This document shows, in pieces, positions 1-12,255 of a stretch of 21,703 nt of DNA. Each line of letters opens with the position of its first letter. Positions within the stretch are counted from its first letter, which is position 1. This DNA is from Rhizaria sp. SCN 62-66 (lineage: Eukaryota): NCBI GenBank assembly GCA_001724265.1, contig MEDY01000090.1, positions 62,001 to 83,703 on the forward strand. The letters are read 5' to 3'. The notes beneath the pieces were generated by a model. It worked only from the letters and a program-made list of their open reading frames with translations. It was not told where the DNA came from and did not search any database. The position numbers and the translations under genes were made by a program.

Positions 1-1
1 C

Positions 2-3000
2 CAGCAAGAGCGCAAGCGGAAACGCCAACTGCAGCGTAATACGCCGCAGTCTCAGCAGTCTCAGCAGTCTCAGCAGTCTCAGCAGCGGCAGGCCGAGCAG
101 GGCGCATTGCCGCACTGCGACGTAGCTGCGCTGCGCGTCCGCGGCCAAGCCGACCGGGACGCCGCCGCCCGCGAGCACCGCCAGGGCCTGCGCATGATCA
201 GCACGCTGCTCAACCACAAGCTCGGCTCCACGCTCGGCGACATCAACACCGACACGAACGCGCGACGCGAGCTGTGGTTGACGCTGCACGAACAGGCCAC
301 GGTCGCGGACAGGACGCTGCCGGTGTATGTGACGCGCCGGGAGCGGGAAGCCCAGCGTGAGTGCGACGCGCGCGTCGGCAGGCAGCTGGCGCTGATGAAG
401 GCGGCCGTCGCGCGCCACAGCGCGGCCTACCCACCCCGCGCGCTGGCGGCTGCGACGGCGCTGGCGCAGACGACTGCGGCCGCCGAGCGGCAGCCGGTGG
501 CGGAGACTGCTTGGATGAAGCAAGAGAGCAGCGACTCATCTTCACCCCTTGTTTCGCGTGTTGAGGTGGAGTTCAGTGCGCTGTGTGTACCGTTGTCGCA
601 CGTTGTTGCCGATGACGCAGTTGTGGCTTCGCTCAGTCAGTCTGAGCTGATAGCACTGAAGGCGCTTGCATTGCTGACTCACGCTTTTACTCCAGACGTG
701 TACTCATCGCCACCCAAGACTGCTAACACGAACTCGACTGTCGGCGCGAATACGATCGCTAGTCCCACTAAGAATGCTTACAGCTCTCCTGCTCGCCCCA
801 ACTCTGGTGTCGGTACCTCTACTGCTACCAAGACCAAAGGTGTCGAGAGTCTGGTTCCACTCTCTATCGCCCCCTTGCCTCTCGGCTGGCAATACCCGTC
901 CACGAGCACGCTCGTGACGGGCCACGCGTGTCCGTTTCGCCGCACGCCGGTGCTGCTGCGGCCCAGTCAAGCCGCTGTGCGCATGCGCTACCTCGCGCTC
1001 GCGCTCGGCGGCGGCAAAAGCAGCAAGAGCAACGACGGCAACAACATTGGCACCGGAGACGGTGGTGACGACCAGCAGCTGCAGCAATGGCCCGTGAGGC
1101 GTCGTGGCGAGTGTGCTTCGTGGAGCCAGAGCGTGGACATCGCGATCCACACGCTCACCCAGCTGTACAACAACATCACTAGCAGCGAGAGCAAGATCAC
1201 GCTGACTGGCTGCGCAAGGACTGACGAGTTTCCCCGCGCTGGTGTGCGCGCCGCGAGTGCGCGTTCGCGCCCGGAAGATCCGAGCAGCCGTGCGCTGCGC
1301 TACTTCGTGATGCACACCGCCTCGCTGCTCAAGTCGAGTCAATCCCGCCAAGATTTGCCTCCCAAGCCAGAGAAGCTCGCAGTTGCACGCAACACGATGC
1401 GTATCCTGCTGGCTGATTCTTCCCCCAGTGCTGTTTCGCCACCGACGCCAACAAAGGAGACGGCAACGAACGGCGCACGCTACTCGAGCTCTCGCGCTTC
1501 CCAAGGTCCCCACCCTTCTTCTCGTTCGAGGGGTAGTGCGACTGCTGGTCAGATGACACTCGCAAGCGTCCGCGCCAGCAGCGTGCGCGCTCGCGGCGCA
1601 TCGATGGCTGATTCCGACAGCGATGACGACGGCAACAGCAACGTGAGCGCCCAAGATAAGTGGCTCGATACCTTTGCTCCCCGCCTGCTTGCAAACTATG
1701 CGAGTGATAGCTATCGAGCCAAGGCTGCCAGCCGCGCCGACGTGACCGAGGCCGAGCTCTGGGGCCAGCTGCTTTCAGTGCAAACACGCCGTCACCTCGC
1801 CCGCTCCCGCTGGCTCAACGAGCTTCTGGGGTACTTACACCCCGTGACCGCGGCGCGCCTAAGGGCCAGGCTGTTTGCCCTGCCGACAATCGCGACTGCG
1901 AGTGTTATCAACGCGGAGGGCACCTACGGGTACTTAGACATTCTAAGGGCCATCTCGCGCGTGGACGTCATTGAGTACGAATACCTGCTTATCCCTGTTC
2001 TAGACAAGGAGCACTGGTCACTCGTCGCCGTATGCCACCCGTTTGAGATCATTCGCAGCTGTTTCCCTGATGCGTGCGATGAGATTCTCGCCGAGTTCGC
2101 ACCGGGCTACTACAGCCAGATCAGGCCTCTGAGCACTGTGACGAGTAATCCTTCTAGTATGGCTGCCCGGGCAATCACGGACGCTAGCGCTTCCTCTAAC
2201 TCTAGCTCTAGTGCAAGCGCAAGTTCGGACCAGGCCTGCACGTGTTTATGCTCTGGCAACGAGTCGCCTTGCACTACTGCCGAGGCTGAGGCTGTGACCG
2301 CTGCCATAGGCTCCGGGCTTGGCTGCGAGAGTGTGGAGGACATTCTCTCGCTTTACGCTGCCCCCACAGTTGCCAGCACAGTCACCAAGGACAGCTCTAT
2401 CTACGACAACAACAACATTATTAACAGCGGTTGTAAGTGCAGCGACGCCAATGCAAGCACGACTCATACTAGCGCTCACACCAGCTCTTCCTCTGCTAGC
2501 GCCAGCGCGAATGCGAATGCGAGCGCTGTTGGGACCGAAGAGAAGCTGGTTCCCGTGACTGAGCACAACGCCTACTCTCGGGGCCGCTACCGGGGTTGTT
2601 TGCTCCACTTCAACTCCCACACCGGCGTGCCTCTCAACACCAGCATTCTCACCCGCATCCGCTGTTTTATCGCAGTCGCCTTCGCGCACCACGTCGCCAC
2701 GCTGCAGGGCACTTCACTGGAGCAGAAGCCGCAGTTCCTGGAGGCGCTTCAACTGCAGATGCAACAGCAGCACGAGCAGCAGCAGTTGATACTGCTGCAG
2801 CAACAGCAGCAGCAACCGCTACAGCCACTGCAGTCACCGCAGACCCGGACCGGACCCACCCGTTCCGGCCTCGGCAGCGCGACCAGCGCGAGCAGCACCG
2901 CTGCGAACAGCAACGGCGTCAACGGCATCGTGCTTGGTCGCTTCGGCGCTGTGAGCCAGCAAGCCAGCTACGACGCACTGGCCAAGGCTGCGCTGGTGAG

Positions 3001-6000
3001 CGCGGTAAACAAATCGCACTGGGGCGAAGACGTCAGCAAGCTTCTTCAGAAGCAGCAACCACAACAACAACAGCAGCAGCAGATGCATCAGCAGACGCAA
3101 ACGATGCAGATGCAGCAGCAACAGCAGCAGTTGACGCAAGATCAGTGGCCAGAGCAAGTGCAGAGGCTGGGGGCGCAGGAGCAGGAGCAACTGGACCGTC
3201 TGAAGCAATTCCAGCAACAGCAAATGCGCGAACTGGAGAGGACGCAGCAGTTAGAGCTTGCGAGGGCGGCTTCTTCCCACCCCGCCCCTCAATCCCAACA
3301 ACTTCAGTACTCAAAGGCATTCCTGTCGCAGCAGCGCAATTCGCAACTCGAGCAGCAGCTGGCTCAGATTCGGCAACTGCATCAGCAACAGCTGCAGCGC
3401 CAACACGCCGTGCACGACCGCGAGTTGGCTCTGGCCACCGCCTACTCGCGGGACCGCGAGCGCACTCTCCGGGCAGTGAGCAAGCCTGCGGACGCGGAAG
3501 CTCTCGCTCAGCGGGCGACTGACGCGGCCGCTGCACTGCGCCGCTTCACTGAGCACGCGGTGCAGATGCTCAGGTTCAAGGCGGCGACGGCGGCGAAAGC
3601 GGCGGACGCGATGGCTGCCGCCGCGGCGGAAGCTGTGACTGCCGTGGAGGATGATGCCGCTGATCTTGTTGTGGTGACTGCCGTGCACATGCAGAATCCC
3701 GTTGGTGCGAGTTCGAGCACCGTCGCTGCTGGTTTTGCTGCTGATGCGCTGCCTCTGAGTGTCGCGCAGCAGATCGAGAGTCTCCTCGCGGACCCTGCGT
3801 TCACAGCTAAGATCTCCCTGGACAGCTCGAAGGCCAGTGCGAGCGCTGCTAGTGTTGCGGCTGTCGTCGCGTCCAACGCCAACAACAGCACGAGCAGCAA
3901 CAGCAACAGCAAGGCTATTAGCGGCAGTGCTGGCGGTAGCAATGACGATACCGAGTGCGTTGTCAGCGAAAGCGACAGTGACGATGGATTCGAGGTCATC
4001 GGTTACGTCCCGGGCGCTGCTGACAAGCGTAGCAGCAAGGCGCAGGCTAAAGGCAAGGCAACGGCTAGCGCGGCAAGCAAAGCCAAGAAGGCTGCCGCTG
4101 TCGCCGTCGTCACCGAGGCGCCCCCTGCTCAGATCGCACCGACACGGATCAACCGCAAGATCCCCGTGGTCCCGAGATTGGGCTTGGTTCCTGCGGTGGC
4201 GGCCGCGGCCGCGCACACCGCGACAAGCGCTCTCGCGGCGCTGGAGCCAGCCTATCACGCCGTGCTCGCTACACTGGCGACACCGGTCGAGCGCGCGGCC
4301 GCGGCGAAGCACTGGGCCGGCGCCGCCGCCAAGACCGCTGCGGCGGCCAAGGTGGCGGCGGCGGAGGCTGCGGAGGCTGCGGAGGCCGAGGCTGCCGCTG
4401 CTGCTGCGTCTGGCATGGCTTGGTGGGCCAGGGTTGGCTCTAAGGACGACTCGAACGTCGTTTTCTCAGTCAAAATCCCGCAGCAGCAGCATAAGCAGCA
4501 AAAGCAACGGCACGTCGCTGTTAATTCCGCGGCGAGTAATATCCTGCCGACTAGTCACGGTGGTTTGATGTTCTCTGACTGTGAGCGCAACATTGCGTCT
4601 GCCTTTGACAACACGGCTTGCCCCGCGTCTCTGGGCGTGATCAACCTCTGCGAGCGCGATCTAAGTACCCCCTTAGACCGTCCGAGCGCCACTTACACAG
4701 TCGACCTGCTGCGCGCACTCGAGTCTAACGCTGACCTCGCCCCCTGCTTCGCTGTCCCCGTTACACAGCAAAAGAACGATCGTGACTGCGGCTTCCACGT
4801 CGCAGGTGTCGTCGAGCTGATGTTCAGGGCCCCCCAGCTGCTCACGCAGCTTGGCCTGGCGTGCGCGCATATGACCGTGGCCAACCCATGCGCCAATGCT
4901 GTGCATGCGCTCAGCACAACGACACCTGCTGCCACTGCTGCCGCGACTGCTATTGCAGCAGCTGCTGCTGCTGCTGCTGCTGCTGCGCACAACAACAGCA
5001 AGACTAACACATACGCGTCCACGAACACCAACGCTAGCACAAGTTCTCACAACGTAGCTAGTCCTCTGGTTAGCGCTACGAGCAACAGCGTTAGCAGGCC
5101 CAGCGTCGCTCATGCTGCGACTGCCGCATTGGCGCCGACGACCGCGGTAGTCGCGGCGTTGACTCCGTCGCCAGCCGCAGTAACTCTAGCAACTGCGACA
5201 ACCACTCCTGCGCTTTCCGCGACGGCAACAGTTTCTACGACTGCTTCTGCGGCCGCGGCTGCGGCGCCGGTTGGCGCAGTCCACCGCATGAAGATCGTCG
5301 ACCTGCTCGGTTTCCTCAATTACACCGATATTTGCATTGCGCGCGCCGAGACCGAGGGCTTTCTGCGTCTCTGCACTGCTCGCGGCGCCGCGGCCACTGC
5401 CGCTGCCGTAGCCACTGCTGCGCAGAAGGCGATCGACCGCGCCAACCGCGAGAATCGTGAAGTGTATGACCAAAACCTCACCAAGCACATCAAGCACGCC
5501 AAAACATCGGATGCGAGTGCGAGCGCGAGTCCCAGTCGCGCGGCTGCAAATGGTGTTGACGGTGGCGGCGACGTTGAGACGTATGATTACCCGCCGTTTG
5601 TGCCCGTGACAGTCTCTGTTCCGCTCACGTACGACAGCCTCAGAGATGCCCTTAGCCGCAGCGGCTTAACTTCTGACCAGCGCACTGTGCTCACCGCCGC
5701 TGTCAAGGCTGCCAGCAACAGCCGGCACATCAAGGACGTGCGGTTCACGACGATGCAAGAAGCACTTGTCGAGTTTGCCGAGACTGACCGTGCGCGTGTG
5801 CTGCGCGCTCTCTTACGCGCTACCGGCGCGACCGTGAGCCACTCGATGAGCCCCGCGCTGCTGCGCGCTGCGCACTGTATCTCTGGCGGTGCGCACGGTA
5901 GCCGCGCGGACTGTAAGTACGGGGACGCTGTGCGTGCCGGGCGCGCGCTTGCCGAGTGCGCCTTGGAGACGGCGACGTCGACTCTATCGTACGCCTACAT

Positions 6001-8938
6001 CAACAATAGTAGCACAAACAAGAACCACACCGGTGCGAACAGTGGCGCGGCGACTGCGACTGCGGGCTCAAGCCCCAGTGGTTCTGTTGTAAGTACCCCT
6101 TCCAGTGGCATTGTAAGTGGTTCAACCGACGACGGCTGCAATATCGATGCCAACTCTGTCATGTACAATGCTCAGCTGTCTATCGCGCGTCCTAGCACTA
6201 GCCAAGTCGCGCTTGCGCCTACTTACACAACTAAGTGGGTCGACGTTAGCAGCGCGAACTCGAGCTCGACTGTCACTCTGAGTGTGGCCGCCGTGACTTT
6301 AACGAGCGTACCGATGCGGCTTGAGATTGGTGGCGGAGCGCAGCTCGTCAGTTCACTCTACTCCAATCGCAGCGGCCACTCCAACTGCAACTGCAACGGT
6401 ACCGGCGACGGCAGCGGCCACTGCTCACAGTCACCTGCTAGGACGGGCGCTAGCACTGGAGCTGGCTCTGGCTCTGGCTTTGGCGCTGGTGCTGTTTCGT
6501 GTGGATGGCTCAGCACTTACACGACTCCAGCGGCACTTACACAGTCTCAGTACCAGAGCAGCGTGAGCGCTTCTAGTCTCGACCGCAGTCTCAGCAAGAG
6601 CTCTCATATGAGCGACAGCGGTATCACCGCAAGTGCGAGTGCGTATGGTACTGATGACACTAGTGGCGATGATGGGTTCGACATCGATGACGACAATGAG
6701 ACTTACGCAGGGAACAGCCGTGCCGATTGCGGCTGTGACGTGTACCACTATCTCGACACCGACTCCGAATCTGACTCTGACACCGGTTCTGACTCCGACT
6801 CTCCGCAGCAGTTACAGCACGGTGTTGCGTCGTTCTCCCCACTCAACCGCTCTCGCCGTTCGCGTCTCGGTGACCGCTCTAGCCTGACCCCCCACCAAGT
6901 GGCGCACTATGCGTCTGCGAGCTACACACACGACCGCAGAGTCAGCGGCCTAACTTTGAACCTCCGCCATGGCACCAGGACGCTTGCGCGCTCAATCGAC
7001 GGCATCTGTCTACTTCCTCTCCCTGCTGACAGCAACGGCACCACTCCGGCGTTGAGCACGACTAGTAACCGTGTAGCTATGAGCGACGACACCGAAACTG
7101 CAGTGCCGCACGTGGGCAATCAGCGCAACAGCTCGCCTTTGCCGCTGCCGCCCATCGGTCCCTTTGACGTGCCTACTGGGTTCAAGTCAATGCCAGCGCC
7201 AGTGCTCACGGTCACCCTCACGCGGCCTAAGCCTTGCACCAACCTGCGACAGCCACAACAGCAACAGCCGCCGCAAAGCGACTGCGAGTTCGAGACGGTC
7301 GTTCTCCGCTCTGCCACAACCGCAACCTCCTGCGCGTCAGTCGCCGTTCCCACCCAGCATACCCGCGCGGTCATGAGCCGGCACGCCGTGGCACTCGCCT
7401 CTCAGTGGCGCCTCACTATCCCCGACCCCGCCCGCTTCGTTTCTCTCGCGCTCGCCGCTGCGACCGCGCTGGCCGCGCGCGACACCGCCGCACTCGCGCC
7501 GCTGCTCGGCGTCCCAACGGACCATGAGCGTGCCCACAGGCTCGCGCTGAGGCTGGACTGGCGGCGCGAGAAGCGGCTGAGGCAGCGCAAGGAGGAGCAT
7601 CATCGGTGGTGCTCGAGCAATGCGGCTGTTGCAGTTGTTGAAGCTCGCAAGTACGCGTCGCGCTTGGACGATATGACACCTCGCTCCACTCACAGTCACA
7701 ATAACATCGTTCGCACTCATGGCCACTCTGGCTCTGGCAGTGGCTCTGGCACCGGCTCTGCTGCTGTGAGTTCGAGTGGCAGCAATTGCTGGCAGTGTGC
7801 AGGCTCTCGCGAAGGACAACGCAATCAGCTCGCAACGGCTTTGCTCAACACAACGCCCCCACAGCGCTGCTTCGACGCAAACTTTAGCTCTAGCTCTAGC
7901 GCAAACGCTCGCGTGATGCGTTCCTTTGTCCCGACTGACGGTTGCCCGTACGTTTTCGACCCGCAAAACGACTGGCATTCGCCGCATTTTGCGGTGCCTG
8001 GTCTCAAGCGTTGGGACGAAGCGCGTCGGCACGAGGAGGTTAAGCCGCCACCTGTGCTCGATTTCTATCCTCCGGTCAAGAAGGAGCCCGAATCTTTGCG
8101 CCGCATGCGCGCGCAGGCCGCCGATGCCGCTGCCACTGCTGCTAATGCGGCTGCTGCTGCAACTGCTGCCGTTGCTGCGACTGCGCTGACCATCTCTGCG
8201 ACAGGTGCTTCCCCTGAGGCTGCGCCTCTTGCTTCTGCTGATGCTGCTGTTGCTGCTGCTGCTCTAGCGCCCACTCCTGTGGTCAAAATGACGAAGGCTG
8301 CAGCTAAGGCTGCCGCTGCTGCCGCTGCTGCCGCTGCTACCGAGGCTGCTGCTGCTGCCGCTGCTGCCGCTGCTGCCGAGGCGGCTGCTGCTGCTGCAGC
8401 GAAGCCCGTTGTTGTCCAGGACTCACTCGTTGCCATTGATGCTTCGGTGTCAGATAGTTCGAGCGCAAGCATTGCTGTGGATCATCTCATCACGAGTGTG
8501 CCTGTCGTCTCGCAGTCGGTGATCGCAATGAACGATGACGACGATACCATTACGCAGAGCGTCGTAAGCGCAGACTTGAGCAAGGATAGCTGGACTGAGA
8601 GCGCTGATCAGAGAGCCGTTGGCGCTGATATCAGCACGGACAGCACGACTGAGAACAGCGCTAGCAGCGCGAACGCCGACGTTGCGAACCCTATCAGCCC
8701 TCCATCTGCTGCCGCTGTGCCCATGGCCGACGCTGATGTTGCGCATGTGCCTGCGGCTGAGGCTGAAGCAGCGCATGCGACTGGGGCCGCGACGATGACG
8801 GCGACTGCCACTGCCCCTGTGGCTGTTACTGTTACTGCGACGGAGACAAAGCCTCAGACTGAGGCCGAAGCTGCGACTGAGACTGTCGCAGTGCCATTGA
8901 CTGAGTCAGCCCCTGCAAGCAGAACTGCGACTAAGGCG

Positions 8939-8973
<35 letters not shown>

Positions 8974-9163
8974 GTCTGCTGCAGCTGCGGCACCTATGAA
9001 GCTGCCAATGTCTGACTCACAGACTGGCGCGGACACCATTCCCGCGTCCGGTGCCGTTGCTGAAACAGTTATCAAAGCACCTGAGGCTCATATCAAGGTT
9101 GCTGCAACTGCCGAGGATACTACCGCAACTGCTGCTGCTGCCGCGGCTGCGGCTGCTGCGGTT

Positions 9164-9197
<34 letters not shown>

Positions 9198-11167
9198 CTG
9201 CTACTGCCTCTGGCCGATTCACCCGCAAAACCTCTGCTGCTTCTTCTTCTATCGCTCAAACGACGCCAGTGCCTCTACCAGTTACTGCGTCCGTGTCTGC
9301 GCCCACTGATGTGCCTTCGACTGCTTCAGCGGCGACTGCTTCAGCACCTGCGCCAGCGAGGCTCACTGCGCCTGCTGTGGCGGCGGCTGCGAGCGAAGGC
9401 ATACGCAAAAGCGCGCGTGCAAAAAAGGGCGTTCTCAACTCTTTATCCGCTGCCGAGCTGGCCACGATGAGCTTTGAACGGGAATCCCAGCCGGTGTATG
9501 ACCAGGAGGCGTTCCAGAAGAAAGAGGAGCAGAGGAAACAGCGGCAGACCGAGGTGGCCTCCGACGCTTCGGTCCCCGCGCAGTCCGGTGCCAGAGGCCC
9601 GGGCAGGACCAGGGCCAGGGCGACTGCGGGCTCGGTGAGTGTGAACGCTAGCATTAGCAGCTCGAGCTCAGAAGCTGTTACGAGTGTCACGCGTGCCACG
9701 AGTAATACGATCACTACACGTGCCCAGGCCGATGTGAGTACCAATGGGCGTGCTTCTAGTCGGACCTTGCGCAGTCGCCAGTCGACAAACCACGCCTATG
9801 CATTTGTTTCTGCTGCTGATCAAACGCAGGCCGCTTCGGCGGATCAAAGTCAAGCCGCTGCACCTGATCAAAGTCAAGCCGACACGAGACCTAAAGTCGC
9901 CAGCGCTGCCGCTGGTGCTGCCGCTGGTGCTTCCGTGGCTGCATCTGCTACATCTGCTACTTCTGCTACCTCTGCGTCCGCCTCCGCTGCTGAAACCGGT
10001 GCTGAGGCTGAGGCTGGTGAAGAGGACGAGGACGGAGCTGCGTCCGGAGCTGCCTCTGAGGGGGTTTCTGAGACGGTAACAGCTCGGCCGATGACAGAGA
10101 GGCAAAAGAAAGCTCTGGCAGCTAAGCTCGCTAAGCAAGCGAATAATGAAGCGCGGGCCAAGAGTAGGGCTGAGACTAAGGCAAAGGCTGCTGCTGAGGC
10201 TGAGGCTGCTCGCATCAAGGCTGAGGAGGTGGCTGCCGCCGCTAAGGCTAAGGCCGAAGCTGAGACCAAGGCTGCTGCCAATGCTACTGCTGCCAAGAAG
10301 GCCGAGGAGGAGGCTGCTGCCGCGAAGGCTGCTGCTGAGGCCGAGGCTGCCACCGAGGGTAAGGCTAATGTTGAAACTGATATCGAGGACGCCGCCGTGA
10401 CTACCGAAGCTGCTGCCAAGGCTGATGAGGAGGCCGCTGCTGCGGAGACTAAGGTTGAGACGGCCGCTGTCAAGAGGGATAGTGCCGCTGCTGCTGCCGC
10501 TGCCGCCGCCGCTGCTGCTACTGCTGCTGCTGTACCGGCAGTCACGGCTGGTAGTGATGTTAGGATGACGGACGACGACGCTGAAACGAACGCAAACATG
10601 AGCGTGAACACTGAAGCGGCGGTCTCAAACGACTCCACGAACAAAGACATTCCACCTAGGACCGTCACGATGGAGGATGCTGCTGTCAATGGAACTCGCG
10701 GTGAGATGATGACTGACACTGACTTCGAAATTGTGGTTGCTACTGGGACCAAGACTGTTCGTGCGGCCGACAGCGTCGCGATAGAGCTTTCTGACGACGA
10801 CAGCGACAACCGTGGTAAATCGTCCGTGACCTCTCGCGCGCGCACTGATACTGACACTGCGACTCGCACCGGCGCTGTCGTAGGCGCTGACTCTGGCACT
10901 GACTCGATGCGCAATGAGGGTAATGAGGGCACCGGTACTCGTCCATCAACACGTGCTAGTTCTAGTCTGAATCAGAACAGAAGCACGGACACTAGTACTC
11001 GTCTGGCTCGTATTCCTAAAAAGCAAGCAGTTCCCGTTCAAGCAGCCCCTGCTCAAGTGGTGGAACACGCCGAGGTAAATCTCGCCGACGACGAAGATGA
11101 TGCTGTCATTGAAAAGAGTAACGACACAAACCCAGCCAACCCCGGAGCTCTCCAATTACACCCACAG

Positions 11168-11257
<90 letters not shown>

Positions 11258-12202
11258 CTGCAACCACAGCAGACGCCGGGCCCACTTGTCGTAATGGCAC
11301 CCCTTTCTGAACGCGTTCACACCGACGGTCGCAGCACTAGGTCGTCGAACAACACCCATCCAGCTGCATCCTCAACTCCGCCGTCTGTCCTCCCCGGAGT
11401 CACCAACGCCGGCCATGGCCCCCGCAGCGGAGGCAGCGTACAAGAGTCTTTTAACAAGCCCGACCTGCCTTTGCATGCTGCATCGAATGATCAGGTGCGC
11501 GATGTTACTGCTGTCTCGCCTGCTGCTGCGATGTCGCTAGCCCGCGCACAGGCCAACCAGCCTAATCGCATTCCTAGTCACGGGAATCTTCCGAATCATG
11601 CTCCCAATCGACAGACTCCCGGCCAGACGATCATTTACAATCATAATGTTAACCAGTATCGAGAGGAAGGTACTGTCATCAATGTACCTGCTTGTCATGC
11701 CACTGCCGTGTTCGCTCTGAGCAATGTGAACCACCAACTCTTCCAGTACGGTGGCTCTGGTAGTCCGCAGAGTCACAGGCTCTCACCAGCTCACTTTCCC
11801 CTCTACACGAGCAACATCCAGAGAAACAAGTATGTTCAGGCTCCGGGGGGTTCTGCAAAGCATCAAGCCTACGGCTCTGAGTCCTCTAACCAAAGCAACG
11901 CTCCCGGTCACTCCGGTGACTTTGCCTATTACGGTGCAGATCGCCGTGACGTTGGATACAGTGGCGACAGGGCCCGTGGCCCCGGCTCAAGCCCTGGCCG
12001 TGGGTGGGACGGGTATGGTGGCGGCGAGCGGGGTGAGCAGCGTTTCCAGTCGCAGCAGACCCATCAGCAGTTTCAGTTTCAGCAGGGCGGCCGTAACCGG
12101 ACAGACCGTGCCCGTGAGTATGAGCAACAACACCAGCAATATCAGCAGCAGCAATATCAACAGCAACAACAACAGAAGCAGCAGTATCAGCAGCAGCAGT
12201 AT

Positions 12203-12255
<53 letters not shown>

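Noticed and set aside
107..109. ORF-track start of the 4159-aa protein
   Set aside because: The codon is TTG and the frame is open back to base 2, so the true start lies outside the window.
1760..5375. Transposon-borne Ulp1 protease (Mutator/CACTA-type)
   Set aside because: No transposase, TIRs or TSDs were seen, the motifs are ULP2-type, and the neighbours are housekeeping genes.
10118..10480. TolA-like or histone H1-like A/E/K-rich segment
   Set aside because: Compositional resemblance only; probably a helical low-complexity linker.
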